In this document: positions 50,994 to 63,434 of the stretch, piece by piece
How positions within the stretch are numbered: position 1 is the first letter of the stretch
Layout of the letters: the number at the start of each line of letters is the position of its first letter
Assembly (NCBI RefSeq): GCF_964194155.1
Contig: NC_135886.1
Coordinates: 9,052,001 to 9,116,000 of the forward strand
DNA: 64,000 nucleotides
From: Cetorhinus maximus
Taxonomy: Eukaryota
Direction of reading: 5' to 3'
Translations under genes and position numbers: made by a program
The notes under the pieces: generated by a model
Database searches by the model: none
What the model was told of the DNA's origin: nothing
What the model saw: only the letters and a program-made list of their open reading frames with translations

Positions 50994-52090
50994 TGTATGA
51001 CCACAGCAGATGTTAATTGCTGAGCAAGCCAAATCCCAGAGGGAAACTTGGCTTAAGGGGCCATACTCTTTTTTTTGTATGCTGAAAACAAGAAGACGAT
51101 GTGTTGATCTCAGTAGCAAGAAGTCCAATAACACCTTTAGGATTTAAAAAATTAAAATTAAAAGTAAAAGTTTTATTAACAAGAAGAAAAGAAAACTTAA
51201 ACACACAAGATTACAGTTACACAGTTAAGATTAGTCTTACAAAACAATCCCCCAGAAAATTCCCTACTTGGTCAGACCCAAAAGTAAACACCTTCCAGGC
51301 AACACTCCCTTCCAGGTGTTTAACTATAAAAATCCAGTCATATTATCCAAGGCAAACTGCTGTAGCTTTAATAAAGGCATACCACATGACCTCTTAAAGT
51401 CTCTTCCACTCTGTTGTGGAAATCCAAGACTTTGGCACAAGACTGCTTTTGGCAGCCCAAGACTTTTCTGGCTTGACTGGATGACTGATTCAAATTGCAT
51501 CTTCTCCCAGCCTAGAACTGTTTGCAGGAGATCTTCCTCACACAGCCAACAGCCAACCACTAAGCTCTCCACTGTAACTCTAAAATACCTTTTTCCCCCT
51601 TTCACCTCAGGTCCCATTGTTCTTACACCTCTTTGAAACTCAACTCCTTCTAAATATAAAATCTTTCATGTTTCTATTTTGTCTCTGTTTTCGGTCAATA
51701 AAATGTAGTATACCCTCTTCTATTTACTTCACCCACCTTCTATTTACCCATGAAACTCCTTTAAGGTGCAAAAAATGTTTCTTGTCACCTCTGACTTCCC
51801 TTTGATATTCAAACAAACTCTTGACTTATCTAAAAATGCAAATGTTAGATCCAACCTATTTACTTGTACCTCAAATCCATCATAATATCTCATTACAAAT
51901 GCACACCTAACATCTCTATCGTTTCATGTCTTACCTCCCAGACAACCTGTATCTAGTAACTTTTCCCCAGCTTAATCAAATCATTTACCCACACACACAC
52001 ATACACACACACACACACAAATGCAAAGCCTCCTTCACAGAATAACACAATATTCCTCAAAAATATTTTTTAAAAACACTCATTCTCACA
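50994..52090 (-). mobile_element. Solo LTR-like element with 4-bp TSD (GAAG), containing a (CA)n repeat at about 51990-52018
   Basis: gaag|TGTATGA...TCTCACA|gaag. Confidence 0.65.
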
Positions 52091-52749
52091 GAAGGGAAGT
52101 CTGTTTTGAGTTGTGAGGGAGCATTACCTCAGGGTGTCAGTTCCCTGTTAGTCACAAAGTTTCATTTTTTTCCCAGTTTGGACTTTTGAATATCTGGTCA
52201 CCCTACCCTTTGGCTAAGCTATTGGTTATCTTCCCTAATATCTCCTTATGTGGCTTGTTCTCATACTTTGTTTTATAATGCTCCTGTGAAGCACCTTGGA
52301 ATGTTCAAGTACTTTCAAGACACTATGTTAATATAAGCTATTGTTGGTGTTTTCTCTCTGTGGAAATGACTAGGGCTCTTGTCATCATTCTTGCCCTACA
52401 AGAAGGAAGTCTAGATCATCTCAAAATTGCCACAGGTCTCCAGCCAAGTCAACTCTCACTCACTGAGAGTCAGTCAGGAGAATATGAGTTAAAAACAAAA
52501 AGTATTGCAAATACTCAGCAGCTCTTACAGCATCTGTGGAGAGAGAAACAGAGTTAATATTTCGTGTCAAATATAACTCTTCTTCAGAAGTCTTCAGACT
52601 CTCCTGGACTAGAATCATATTCAACTCGAAATGTTAACTCTGTTTCTTTCTCCACAGATATTGCCAGACCTGTGAGTTTTTCCCGCACTTTCTGTTTTTA
52701 TTGCAGATTTCCAGAATCCACAGCATTTTGCTTTTATTTTAAGGGAGTA

Positions 52750-53105
52750 TGAGTGGCCTGCATTGAAACAGTGCCTTATTGTTACTGACACTGTCTTTCA
52801 GATGAAATGTTAAACTGAGGTCCCATCTGCTCCCTCAGGTGGAGTTCAAATATCCTGTGGTACTACTTCAAAGAAGAGCAGTGTTTTCTCCCTGGGTAAT
52901 ATGCATCCCTCAATCAATGTCACAAAAGAAACGGGTTAGTTTTTCATTATCACATTGCTGTATGTGGGAGCTTGCTGTGCACAAATTTGCTGCCCAATTT
53001 CTTCCATTACAACAGTGACTACACTTCAAAAGTACTTCGTTGGTAATAAAGCTCTTTGAGACGTTCAGTGGTCATAAAAGGTGGTATATAAATGCAAGAT
53101 TTACT
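52750..53105 (+). mobile_element. Deu-domain SINE
   Basis: gtgggagcttgctgtgcacaaattt...acaacagtgactacacttcaaaagtac...tatataaatgcaag. Confidence 0.65.
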
Positions 53106-54624
53106 TTTTCCCAACCTTGTATTTAATGCATGGGGAACACCATTACCTCTAAGTCACACACCATTCCAATTTGGACGTACAGTATATCACTATCTCTTCG
53201 TGATCTCTAGGATAAAAGCCTCTGCTCTACACTCTATGTAAAAATTGCTAACAGATATACATTCTTTATGAGACCGCAGCGCATCATTAACCTGCAAGGA
53301 CTATATCAAGAAGCAGCCCCATGCTTGGAAAGAAATGTTAGTTGGGGGAATGGGAGGCTGTTAGTAATGTCAGCATTTTCAGGTGATATTCCCCTTTCCA
53401 CTCTTTTAAAAGTTGTGTTAATCAGTGTAATAATAACGCCTCAGTTAAAAACACTGGCCTGAGAAAAGTCATGCGAATGTGCTAAGCATTCAACTGCTAA
53501 TATCGCGGAAGAGTAGGTTACCCAAAAAATAACATAGCTCCTCCATCATAAAGTGATGATGTTAGCGATCGGCTGACACGGCGGCTGTGTTCATTTTCTT
53601 CTCACTTGCAGAAATTGGGGAAGGAGCACGGGTTGAGCAGGGCTACAGTGAATTGCTCGTTCAAAGAGCCAGCATAGACATAATGGGCTGAATGGCCTCT
53701 GTCTGTACAGTGCAGTTCTGGACTAATGAACGTTTTGTACATAAGGCTGCCTTGTGCAGGCCCTTCTCACACCAGGATCAGAAAATAGAACACAGGAGCT
53801 TTAGATGAATATGACTTTTTCATGTTACTGTAAGATTTAAATACAATGATACTAAACAATATGGTACAGAGTGCTGATATAGGATGTTCATTGTTCTTGT
53901 TCAACCATAACACCAATCAGAAATACTCAACCTTTTCCTCTCATGCTAGGGTTGCAGACCTATGAAGAAAACAACCTGCATTGATACGGTGTCTTAATAG
54001 ATTCTCTAGTTACCAACCCCCTAGGATTAAACTGGAGCAATCAGAAATCAAAGGTTAATCTCAAGGTCACTATTGCAGGAGAAAAGTCACAAGGAGCAGC
54101 AAAACCACAGAGCAGGGGTTCCCAAACCTGTGGGTCACAACCCCGGCCAAGTCTTTGGGGTCATAAGCTCTGAGGCAGCAATGGCAGCTGCCAAGCGGAG
54201 ACTGCCGGGATGCGAATTTTTTTGCAAAGCGTTCGTCAACAGAACAGCTTTTGGCTGCTCTGGCTGGTCGTTCTTTCAGTGCCCTGATTGGCCGTTCAAT
54301 GCACTGCTCCAATTAGCACCCGCTGAACAATCCTGAGTGCGCTAATAGCTACACTAAGAACCAATCTAAAACAATCAGTTGAGCTCGTAACATGGCTCAT
54401 TTACACTTACTAAAAGCGACATACATTCATACATAGGGACACGTTCTCTGCAAACAAAAGGAATGTGTTCAAGACTTGCGCCTTTGTTGAATTACCCGGG
54501 AGCTGGGGAGCCTGCCATGGCAACACCTCAACCAATCAGGGTAGGCTTGTCAACCAGCCAGTCAGCCCCCTTTTCTCCTGTAGTGTAAATTGTTGCGATC
54601 GTTTGAAATTTGCCATTCTTGCTT

Positions 54625-54660
54625 TTGTCCTGATGAGTGCAAGACGAAAAGCTTCAGCAA
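54625..54660 (+). ncRNA. Minimal type I hammerhead ribozyme-like motif (Penelope-type)
   Basis: ttgtc-CTGATGA-gtgcaagac-GAAA-agcttc-agcaa: intact catalytic boxes, palindromic AAGCTT stem III, UUC cleavage triplet. Stem I is partly mismatched. Confidence 0.55.
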
Positions 54661-55210
54661 CATGTCTCTCTTTTTCAACAATATTCAAGTTCTGTGCTAC
54701 CAAGAGACTGTTCCATGCTTTTATTCTCTATTTGTAAAGGCCAGAATCCCATGTGCAGTTTTAACCACTTTCTCAACCTTCCCTGCCACGTTCAACAATT
54801 TGTAGACATGTATCCCCAGGGATGTCTGTTTCAGCAGGAGTGTGTGAAGCCGCCTCATACATTGGTGTAGGGTTCTCATCCCTCCCTCTCCACATCTCCG
54901 ACATCAACATGTGGTAAAAAATGCAAGACATGCCAGTGGCAAAGATGTCATTATTATGGGTGCAGGAACAGCCTCGGGCAACTACACACCTTGGTGAATA
55001 AATGGGTGGGATTAAAGTGTTTGCATCGCCGCCAAGAGTTTAAGAAAATCTCAAAGAGAGAATCTCTCCAACAAGGGAGCAGCACGGGGTTTTGCTATTT
55101 CTCTTCTTTGCTTTCTCTGCAGGTTTCCCCAGCCGCTGGGCTTTGGTTCTTATCAGCTGTTCTCCCTGTCCCACCAGCGCTCCTTTCACCTTGGCTGAGC
55201 GGCGAGGACT

Positions 55211-55390
55211 ATGTGCAGACCCGTGCCCAGTGGAATATCGATGCTGGGGAGAATGCTCCCACCTGCATGTTATTTTATTCTGCTGGCCATCGCACTGGTT
55301 GCTCCGAGACTGGCAGGCAGGAGCACTTACGAAACCCTAGCAGTCTCCAACAGAACTGTGGAGAGCTGCACTCAAGACTGCTCACAGCCG
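55211..55390 (+). CDS. First coding exon of a probable IL-17 receptor family protein (signal peptide, ESCTQDCSQP)
   Basis: Exon bounded by strong acceptor tttctctgcag| (55122/55123) and donor CCG|gtaaga (55390/55391). Encodes MLPPACYFILLAIALVAPRLAG signal peptide, an NRT sequon and CxxxCSQP ending in phase 0. The start codon could be 55211, 55241 or 55253. Confidence 0.6.
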
Positions 55391-56059
55391 GTAAGAACCT
55401 TTACTCTTTTCTCATGAAGGGCTTGCTTCAGAATTCAACAAATAAATGTCAAACGCTGAGGGTGTTGCAGATTGTAAGATCTTTACTGATGTGTCAACTC
55501 GCGGCCAACCCAAGATTCACAGATAACCTCCTCCCAGAAATGTGTCAATTCCAGCCTGTCAGGCATCGCAATTCTCCTGAATGTTGTTAAACCTTTTATG
55601 GATGCGGTGCGGAATGATGTTGCTGACGGGTTCTCTGTGCCAAGACCGCCTGGTTATACTGAGAGTTTCTGTTCCTTGTTCTGTCCGGAAAAAGAAATGA
55701 TTTGACTTTTGGGATTTGGCTGTGCCCATGCAGAACTGCAAAGAGTTGTAAAACAATGACCTTCAGGTAGTCCATGAAGTTTTTAAGTAAAATGAAATGA
55801 TTTGCCGTCTAAAACCCCCAGTGTAGATGTCCCCCGCTCAACAGAAATGAGAGGGGAAGTGTTGCAATATTCTAACCCCACAGCAGGTGGATCAGCCACT
55901 GAAAGAGATGGTTTAATATTTCAGCAACAATTTGCACTTTTCTTTCCAACATGACAAGAGTACAGTTCCCAGGATCGTGGGCTTTTAAATATTTAGGTTA
56001 GGCACCTGTAAATTCTTTTAAAGGGGAATTAGTTGCTTGAAATGCTGTTGGTGCAGAGC

Positions 56060-57275
56060 GTAACATCTACCAAATGCACTGCAGCAAATCGCCAAGGCTC
56101 CTTCGACAGCACCTTCCTAACCCACGGCCTCTACCACCTAGAAGGACAAGGGCAGCAGATGCACAGGAAACATTATTATGACACAGCTGATGGTAAATGC
56201 TGAGCTGCTCAAATCTCAGAGGGAAACTTGAAACAACTGCCATAGCCAATTTTTGCAATTTGTATGTTTTGAGATGCAGGTTTTGAATTCAGTTATAATA
56301 AGAACACCGAATCTCATGGGGTTTTTATAAAGCTAAATTAAACATTTAATAATTAAAAGATTGTAAGCACTTACATATGTCTACAAATTACTACCATAAT
56401 AACTTCCAAAGATTCCCTAATTAATCAGACTTTTAGTTACACCTCCATTAAGGCAACAGTAAAACACATAGATTTAAACAGACCCCTGGCAAAGCACACT
56501 CTGGACAGTCGGATTCAAAATGAGTTTCTTTCAGCTCTGGGTCCTTGCAGACAACCACTTGAGGCTTACAGGCTGAAGGCTTTAGACCTTAGAATCCCTC
56601 TCCTTTTACCAACAGCTTTCTCTTCCTTTATACATATTTTCCTCTTTGAATGCAAATTCTCATTGTATCACTAAGTTTTTTGAACTTTACCTCTTCTAAC
56701 AATAAAACCCTTTCATAGCATCAAGTTTATTAGTAAGCTTAGGAAAAAGTAAACACATTGTTTGGCTTCTTCTGGCTAGGTGTGATACTTCACCCATTCT
56801 TTTGAATGGTTTATTTAAAAATGCAAATTGCCCTCTTTACACTTCACCTTCCAACTATCCTATGTTTACCTGATTAACATTTCAAACCAACTTCTCTTCT
56901 ATACATCAAAGCCTCTAGCCCAGCTGGCTTTAATCCAATTAAGACACAGACACACACAGACACACACACCACTAGAACTCTATTATAAAATAATTTGCAA
57001 TAACATTATAGACATTATTATATCTTGACAACATCACCACCTGGGTGTTCCCCTCCAAGCCACACACCATCCTGACTTGGAAATATATCGCCGTTCCTTC
57101 ACTGTAGTTGGATCAAAGGCCTGGAACACCCTCCTCCCTAACAGCACTGTGGATGTACCTACACCACATGGACTGCATCGGTTCAAGAAGATGGCTCACC
57201 ACCACCTTCTCAAGGGCAATTAGGGATGGGCAATAAATGCTGGCCCAGCCAGTGACGCCCACATCCCAAAAATAA
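56060..57275 (+). mobile_element. HER1-like LINE 3' fragment split by a solo LTR
   Basis: LINE sequence stops at ggaaacat (56173) and resumes at acatcaccacc (57031). Confidence 0.75.
56174..57030 (-). mobile_element. Solo LTR-like element with 4-bp TSD (ACAT)
   Basis: acat|TATTATGAC...TCTTGACA|acat. Confidence 0.7.
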
Positions 57276-58239
57276 ATTTTCAGAAATTGAAGGGTTTGGG
57301 GAGCAGGTTGGGGGGAGGTGGGGAAATGAGATGTTCATTGGCCTGAGACACCCCTGAAGATTTTGTCTTTAAAATGAGAAAGTGCCTTTATTTTGTGAAC
57401 TGCCCTGTTTGCTTATAGATTTCACAAGCGAAACCAGCTTCTTAAACCATTTAATCCCCTACTGGAGACAGGAGTCCCAGTATCATAAAGAGAGGACATT
57501 TTGGAAAGTATCTTAACTGGCATCTTGCTCTCAGTTGCATGGCTTCTTAGCATTCTCACCCCCCACCCCATTTATGGGAAGCTGTGCTGCCCACCTCACC
57601 TCTCAAGTGCACAGAACATTTTGACAGATAGTTAAAGGGGTGGGGATTCATTATTCCTGGAGTTGTCCCAAGGTCTGACTCACCCTGCCGGGGTTACAGC
57701 ATTTTCCAAGCAGAACACAAAGGTAATTTCAAAGCCAATGATTACAATGTTTTGCACCTCCCTTTAATTTTTCAATTAATATTTCACTCCCATGGGAGTT
57801 GAGAGCGTGGGGATGTCTTTAATATTTTCTCTGGTGTTCAGTGAAGATTCCATCTCCAGGTCCTAGCCAATATGATTATTCAGACTCTGCTCCCTTTCTG
57901 ATTCAAGCACTTAGGTTTCCACCTCTTAACCACGCCAGAAAAATTCAGATCAAAGCACGTCTTGAGGTGTTCGCATTTTCGAGTCATAGAAATGACAGCA
58001 CAGGAGGAGGCCAATTGGCCCATCGTGACTGTGCTGGCACCAGCTCTCCAAATGGGGCAATCTACTCCAATTGAGCTGCTTTCAGCAGCTACCATGTTGT
58101 AAGAAGTTACCAAGAGGTTTTATGTACATGTCAGCGAGAGAGTGGAAGATGTGGCTGGTGCTTCCCAGGTCATAATGCTGATGTAACACCACACTGTGGG
58201 CTCAGTGCTTTTTTTTCTATTCATTACAGGGTTTGATCA

Positions 58240-58710
58240 TCTCTGGCTAGGCCAGCATTTATTGCCCATCCCTAACTGCCCTTGAGAAGGTGGTGGTGAA
58301 CCACCTTCTTGAACCGCTGCAGTCCATGTGATGTAGGTACGCCCACTGTGCTGTTAGGGAGGGAGATCCAGGATTTTGACCCAGCCAGCAGTGAAGGAAC
58401 AGTGATATATTTCCAAGTCAGGATGGTGTGTGACTTGGAGGGGAACATACAGGTGGTGGTGTTCCCAAGCATCTGCTCCCCTTGACCTCTAGGTGGTAGA
58501 GGTCATGGGCTTGGAAGGTGCTGTGAAGGAGTCTTGGCAAGTTGCTGCAGTGCATCTTGTAGATGGCACACACTGCTGCGACCATGCACAATATTAAGGT
58601 GGTGGATGGAGTGCTGGTCATGCAGACTGCTTTGTCCTGGGTGGTGTTGAGCTCTTGAATGTTGTTGCAGCTGCACTTGTCCAGGAAAGTGGAGAGTATT
58701 CCATCACATG
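58240..58710 (-). mobile_element. HER1-like LINE 3' fragment
   Basis: Colinear with 59980-60450 and with the reverse complement of 15780-16290. Confidence 0.75.
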
Positions 58711-59009
58711 TTCATAATGATGTATAGGACAGGATTGCTTTCATACATTGGAAATCTTCTTCAGGCTAGCAAACTTCAAAGCAATTTCATTCCTGGAAAG
58801 CGTGAGTTGCTTTCAAGGCCAGCATTAATTACCCAATCCTAATTTACTGAATTTGAGACGACATTAGCAGCAACAGCAGTGGTTGTGAACAGCAAAACAC
58901 AGCTTAAACAGCTGTGAAAGTCTCTGTACAGTCAGCAACTGCATAGTGGAAAATCTGATGTTTGTTGCTAAACTTACAAGGAGCGACAGCAACCTTGACT
59001 AACAGTGTC

Positions 59010-59392
59010 AGCCATGGCTCAGTTGGTGGCACTCACATCTCTAAGTCGTAAGGTTCTGGGTTCAAGTCCCACTCCAGGACTTGAGCACCAAAATCAAGGC
59101 TGATAGTTCAGTACTCTTAGAGGTGCCATCTTTCAGATCAGACATTAAGGCAAGGCCCCATATCCTTGGGTAATTTCAGAAGACCCTGTGAGACTATTTC
59201 AAAGAACAGCAGGGGATTATCTGGTCGTTATTATATTGCTGTTTGTGGGAGTTTGCTGTGCACATATTGGCCCCCACATTTCCCATATTACAACAGTGAC
59301 TACACTTCCAAAAGTACTTCCTTGGCTGCAAAGTGCTTTGAGACATCCAGCAGTCATGAAGGGCGCTGTATAAATACAAGTCTTTCCTTTTT
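59010..59392 (+). mobile_element. Deu-domain SINE with tRNA-like head
   Basis: A box tggctcagttgg, B box gggttcaagtcc, Deu block and tail. Confidence 0.7.
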
Positions 59393-59532
59393 TTAACTCT
59401 TAACAAGCTTTGTATTTCCAGCATTGTATAACCGACATAACACACCCTAACCAACAGAATCAGTTTTAACAAATGGAAAACTGTGTGTTATCTAATCATC
59501 TAATGCTCTGTTTGTCATTTGTCTATTTGCAG

Positions 59533-59557
59533 AATCTTCCCTGCCGAGTTATTAAAG
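59533..59557 (+). CDS. 25-nt microexon (NLPCRVIK) of the probable IL-17 receptor family gene
   Basis: tttgtctatttgcag|AATCTTCCCTGCCGAGTTATTAAAG|gtatgt, phase 0 to 1. The joined sequence CSQP-NLPCRVIK parallels IL17RA CSQP-GLNCTVKN (recalled). Confidence 0.6.
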
Positions 59558-59979
59558 GTATGTTTGGTGGTGAGATGATTCGTTTTTGCTTTTTTCATTA
59601 TAAGTAACACGGCGTTAATGCTTCATTGCTTTGTCACACAAGGGGAACAGAGGAAAACAGTCAGTGGAGCATTAGAATTGAAGAATGTACACCTGTGTGC
59701 ACAAATCCTCATCCAATTCTCATTTTGACCTTGTGGAAAATGAGAGATAGAGAGTCGGCAGCCATTTTACATCTCCTCACATTCCTATTTCCATTGAAGT
59801 CCATTGGGAGCGATGTCGAAGGTGGATGCCGATTCTCTATCACCTCTTCTAAGTGGGGTTCCACTGCGGAGTGTTGGCTGATGCTTCTGCTCCTCATCCA
59901 AAGGGTATACATTTGCAGGCCACTTGCGCACTTGCCAGCAACTCAGCTAAGATCAGTTTTATTTTTTATTGCTGTATTT

Positions 59980-60455
59980 GTTCACGGGATGTGGGCTTCA
60001 CTGGCTAGGCCAGCATTTATTGCCCAACCCTAATTGCCCTTGAGAAGGTGGTGGTGAGCTGCCTTCTTGAACCACTGCAGTCCTTGTGGTTTAGGTACAC
60101 CCACATTGCTGTTAGGAAGGGAGTTCAGCGACAGTGGAGAAACAGCGATATAGTTCCAAGGCAGGATGGTGAGTGTCTTGGAGGGGAACTTGCACGTGGT
60201 GGTGTTCCCATGCATCAGCTGCCCCTGCCCTTCTAGGTGATAGAGGTTATAGGTGCTGTGGAAGGAGCCTTGGTGAGTTGCTGCAGTGCATCTTATAGAA
60301 GATACACACTGCTGCCACTGTATGTCGGTGGTGGAGGGAACGAATGTTGAAGGTGGTGGATGGGATGCCAATAAAGGGGGCTGCTTTGTCCTGAATCGAG
60401 CTTTGTCGAGCTTCTTAAGTGTTGTTGGAGCTGCACTCATCCAGGCAAATGGAAA
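59980..60455 (-). mobile_element. HER1-like LINE 3' fragment
   Basis: AWMSAAPTTLKKLD peptide and shared tail. Confidence 0.75.
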
Positions 60456-61491
60456 GTTAATGTAACACCAACATGAGAACTGAACGGCTTGAGTTTTGTG
60501 GTCAGTTATGGAAATTACCTGCATTACAACAGTGATTACACTTCAAAAGTATTTCGTTAATTTCAGTGCGCTTTGGGATGCCCTGAGATGGCTGAAATTG
60601 ACAGTGAGTATCAGCAGGAAATTGGCCTGTGGGGTTGGAGGCTAGAATCTACAGACTAGTCTGATCTGTCCTTCCATGATGCTTTCATACAGCTTTTCCA
60701 GCTGAAGTCACTGGGCTATATTCAGGAGCAGGAACTCCCCAGGTAGCTCTGGTAGCAATTGTGATATCCGCCTATTTTGCGTGGGGAACATCAGCAAACT
60801 GACCAGAGACTGGAGTGTTTGATCAGAGTAGCTCCGTTGGTAGCACCCTTGCCTCTGAATCACAAGGTTACAGGTTGAAGTCCTACTCCAAAGCGTGAGA
60901 ACAAAAATCAAGGCTGATATTCCGGTGGAGCACTGAAGGAGTGCTACACTGTTCGATGTGTCATCTTTCAGATGAGATGTCAAACTTGTAAAGAACATTT
61001 TTTTTCTTGGACTGTGGCTTTAAAAACTACCATGGCTGCAGCTTAAAAGAGCTGGAGTAAGAAGAAAATCTACAATGTTGCTATTCCCTGGAACAGTGTG
61101 TGCCGGGGTGGACTGAATGGTGCAGGAAAGGAGACCTGGTTTAAGAGGGGACTGCCTTGCAATGGCGTTTTGATTGGTTCCTGACCAAATGACCAGGTTC
61201 TGTGTGAGGATAATGCAGTAGATCAGCTCTTAGCCTGAAAAGGGGAAAGACCTGAAACCTCTCTCTCCTGTGATTTGTAAGACTCCAGTAATCCTGTCAT
61301 AGTAGCTAGCTGGCTATTCTTCACTTCGCTGTATCCTGCTTTCTTTGAGAAAACCCAGTCAGGAGAAATAGGGGGGAAAACGCCAGTAGAGTCATTAAAA
61401 GCAAGTTTCAACAAGAGAACCACAGACTGCAAGTGCTGGGAGACCACCTGGTGTCAGCCACAACAACCTGCAAGGAATTTGGAAGAAAGCA

Positions 61492-63320
61492 ATCACAGAA
61501 TCACAGAGTGCAGAAGAGACCCTTCGGCCCATCGAGTCTGCACCAACACATGGGAAACACCTGACCTACCTATTTAATCCCATTTACCAGCACTTGGCCC
61601 AGCCTTGAATGTTATGACGTGCCAAGTGCTCATCCAGGTACTTTTTAAAGGATGTGAGGCAACCTGCCTCCACCACCCTCCCAGGTAGTGCATTCCAGAC
61701 CGTCACCACCCTCTGGGTAAAAAAGGTTTTCCTCATATCCCCCCTAAGCGTCCTGCCCCTCACCTTGAACTTGAGTCCCCTCGTGACTGACCCTTCAACT
61801 AAGGGGAACAGCTGCCCCCTATCCACCCTGTCCATGCCCCTCATAATCTTGTACACCTCGATCAGGTCACCCCTTAGTCTTCTCTGCTTCATTGAAAACA
61901 ACCCAAGTCTATCCAACCTCTCTTCATAACTTAAATGTTTCATCCCAGGCAACATCCTGGTGAATCTCCTCTGCACCCCCTCCAGTGCAATCACATCCTT
62001 CCTATAATGTGGCGACCAGAACTGCACACAGTACTCCAGCTGTGGCCTCACCAAGGTTCTATACAACTCCAACGTGACGGCCCTACTTTTATAATCTATG
62101 CCTCGATTGATAAAGGCAAGTGTCCCATATGCCTTTTTCACCACCCCACTAGCGTGCCCCTCTGCCTTCAGAGATCTATGGACACGCATGCCAAGGTCCC
62201 TTTGTTCCTCAGAACTTCCTAGTGTCATGCCGTTAATTGAATACTTCCTTGTCAAATTACTCCTTCCAAAGTGTATCACCGCACACTTTTCAGGGTTAAA
62301 TTCCATCTGTCACTTATCTGCCCATTTGACCATCCCGTCTATATCTTCCTGTAGCCCAAGACACTCAACCTCACCGTTAACCACCCGGCCAATCTTGGTG
62401 TCATCCACAAACTTACTAATCCTACCATCCCCCACATAGTCATCTATGTTATTTATATAAATGACGAATAATAGGGGACCCAGCACAGGTCCCTGTGGTA
62501 CGCCACTGGACACTGGCTTCCAGTCACTAAAGCATCAATCTGTCATCACCCTCTGTCTCCTACAACTAAGCTAATTTTGAATCCACCTTATCAAATTACC
62601 CTGTATCCCATGTGCATTTGCCTTCTTTATAAGTCTCCCATGCGGGACCTTGTCAAAGGCTTTGCTAAAATCCATATAAACTACATCAACTACACACCTG
62701 GTCACCTCCTCAAAAAACTCAATCAAATTTGTTAGGCTTAACCACCCTCTGACAAAGCTATGCTGACTATCTCTGATCAAACCTTGCCTCTCCAAGTGGA
62801 GATAGATTCTCTTCAGAATTTTCTCCAATAGTTTCCCTACCACTGACGTGAGACTCACTGGCCTGTAGTTCCCTGGCTTCCCTCTACAACCCTTCTTAAA
62901 TAGTGGAACCACATTAGCTGTTCTCCAGTCCTCTGGCACCTCTCCCATGGCCAGAGAGGAATTAAAAATTTGGGCCAGAGCCTCTGCTCCTCCCTTGCCT
63001 CTCTCAGCAGCCTGGGACACAAATCCGGACCTGGAGATTTGTCTGCTTTTAAGCCTGCCAACACCTCCAATACCTTGTCACTCCCTATATCAATTTGCTC
63101 AAGAACCTCGCAGTCTCTCTCCCCGAGTTCGATACCTTTATCCTCTTTCTCTTGGGTGAAGATGGATGTGAAGTATTCGTTCAACACTCTACCGATGTCC
63201 TCTGGCTCCACCCATAGATTGCCCCCTTGGTCCCTAATGGGCCCTACTCTTTCCCTGGTTATCCTCTTCCCATTGATATGCTTATAGAATATGCTAGGAT
63301 TTTCCCTACTTTTACCAGCT
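61492..63320 (-). mobile_element. Relatively young 5'-truncated CR1 LINE (ORF2 RT region)
   Basis: Long ORF pieces: WRTANVVPLFKKG..PGNYRPVSLTS, VYMDFSKAFDKVPH, GVPQG.VLGPLLF, KFVDDTKIG, LVRPQLEYCVQFWSP. (ATTCTGTG)n tail at about 61492-61507. Confidence 0.95.
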
Positions 63321-63391
63321 AAAGTCAACTCATCTAATCCTGAACCCGGATTGGTGTATTGAACTGTCTTATCTCACCCTTAAAATTCATG

Positions 63392-63394
<3 letters not shown>

Positions 63395-63431
<37 letters not shown>
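63395..63431. repeat. (TG)n microsatellite
   Basis: Perfect TG dinucleotide run. Confidence 0.95.

Positions 63432-63434
<3 letters not shown>

Noticed and set aside
54991-55590. 199-aa ORF overlapping the 55123-55390 exon in another frame
   Set aside because: It starts at a non-ATG codon, crosses both splice sites and has no recognisable motif. The signal-peptide/CSQP frame explains the exon better.
57842-57966. Possible exon encoding IPSPGPSQY, reminiscent of an ODF3/STPG PGP repeat
   Set aside because: Single short motif, weak donor, and phase incompatible with the CSQP-NLPC join. Kept only as a remote alternative.
59010-59090. tRNA-like A and B boxes
   Set aside because: They are SINE heads continuing into a Deu domain, not tRNA genes. 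The same applies at about 33920 and 60830.
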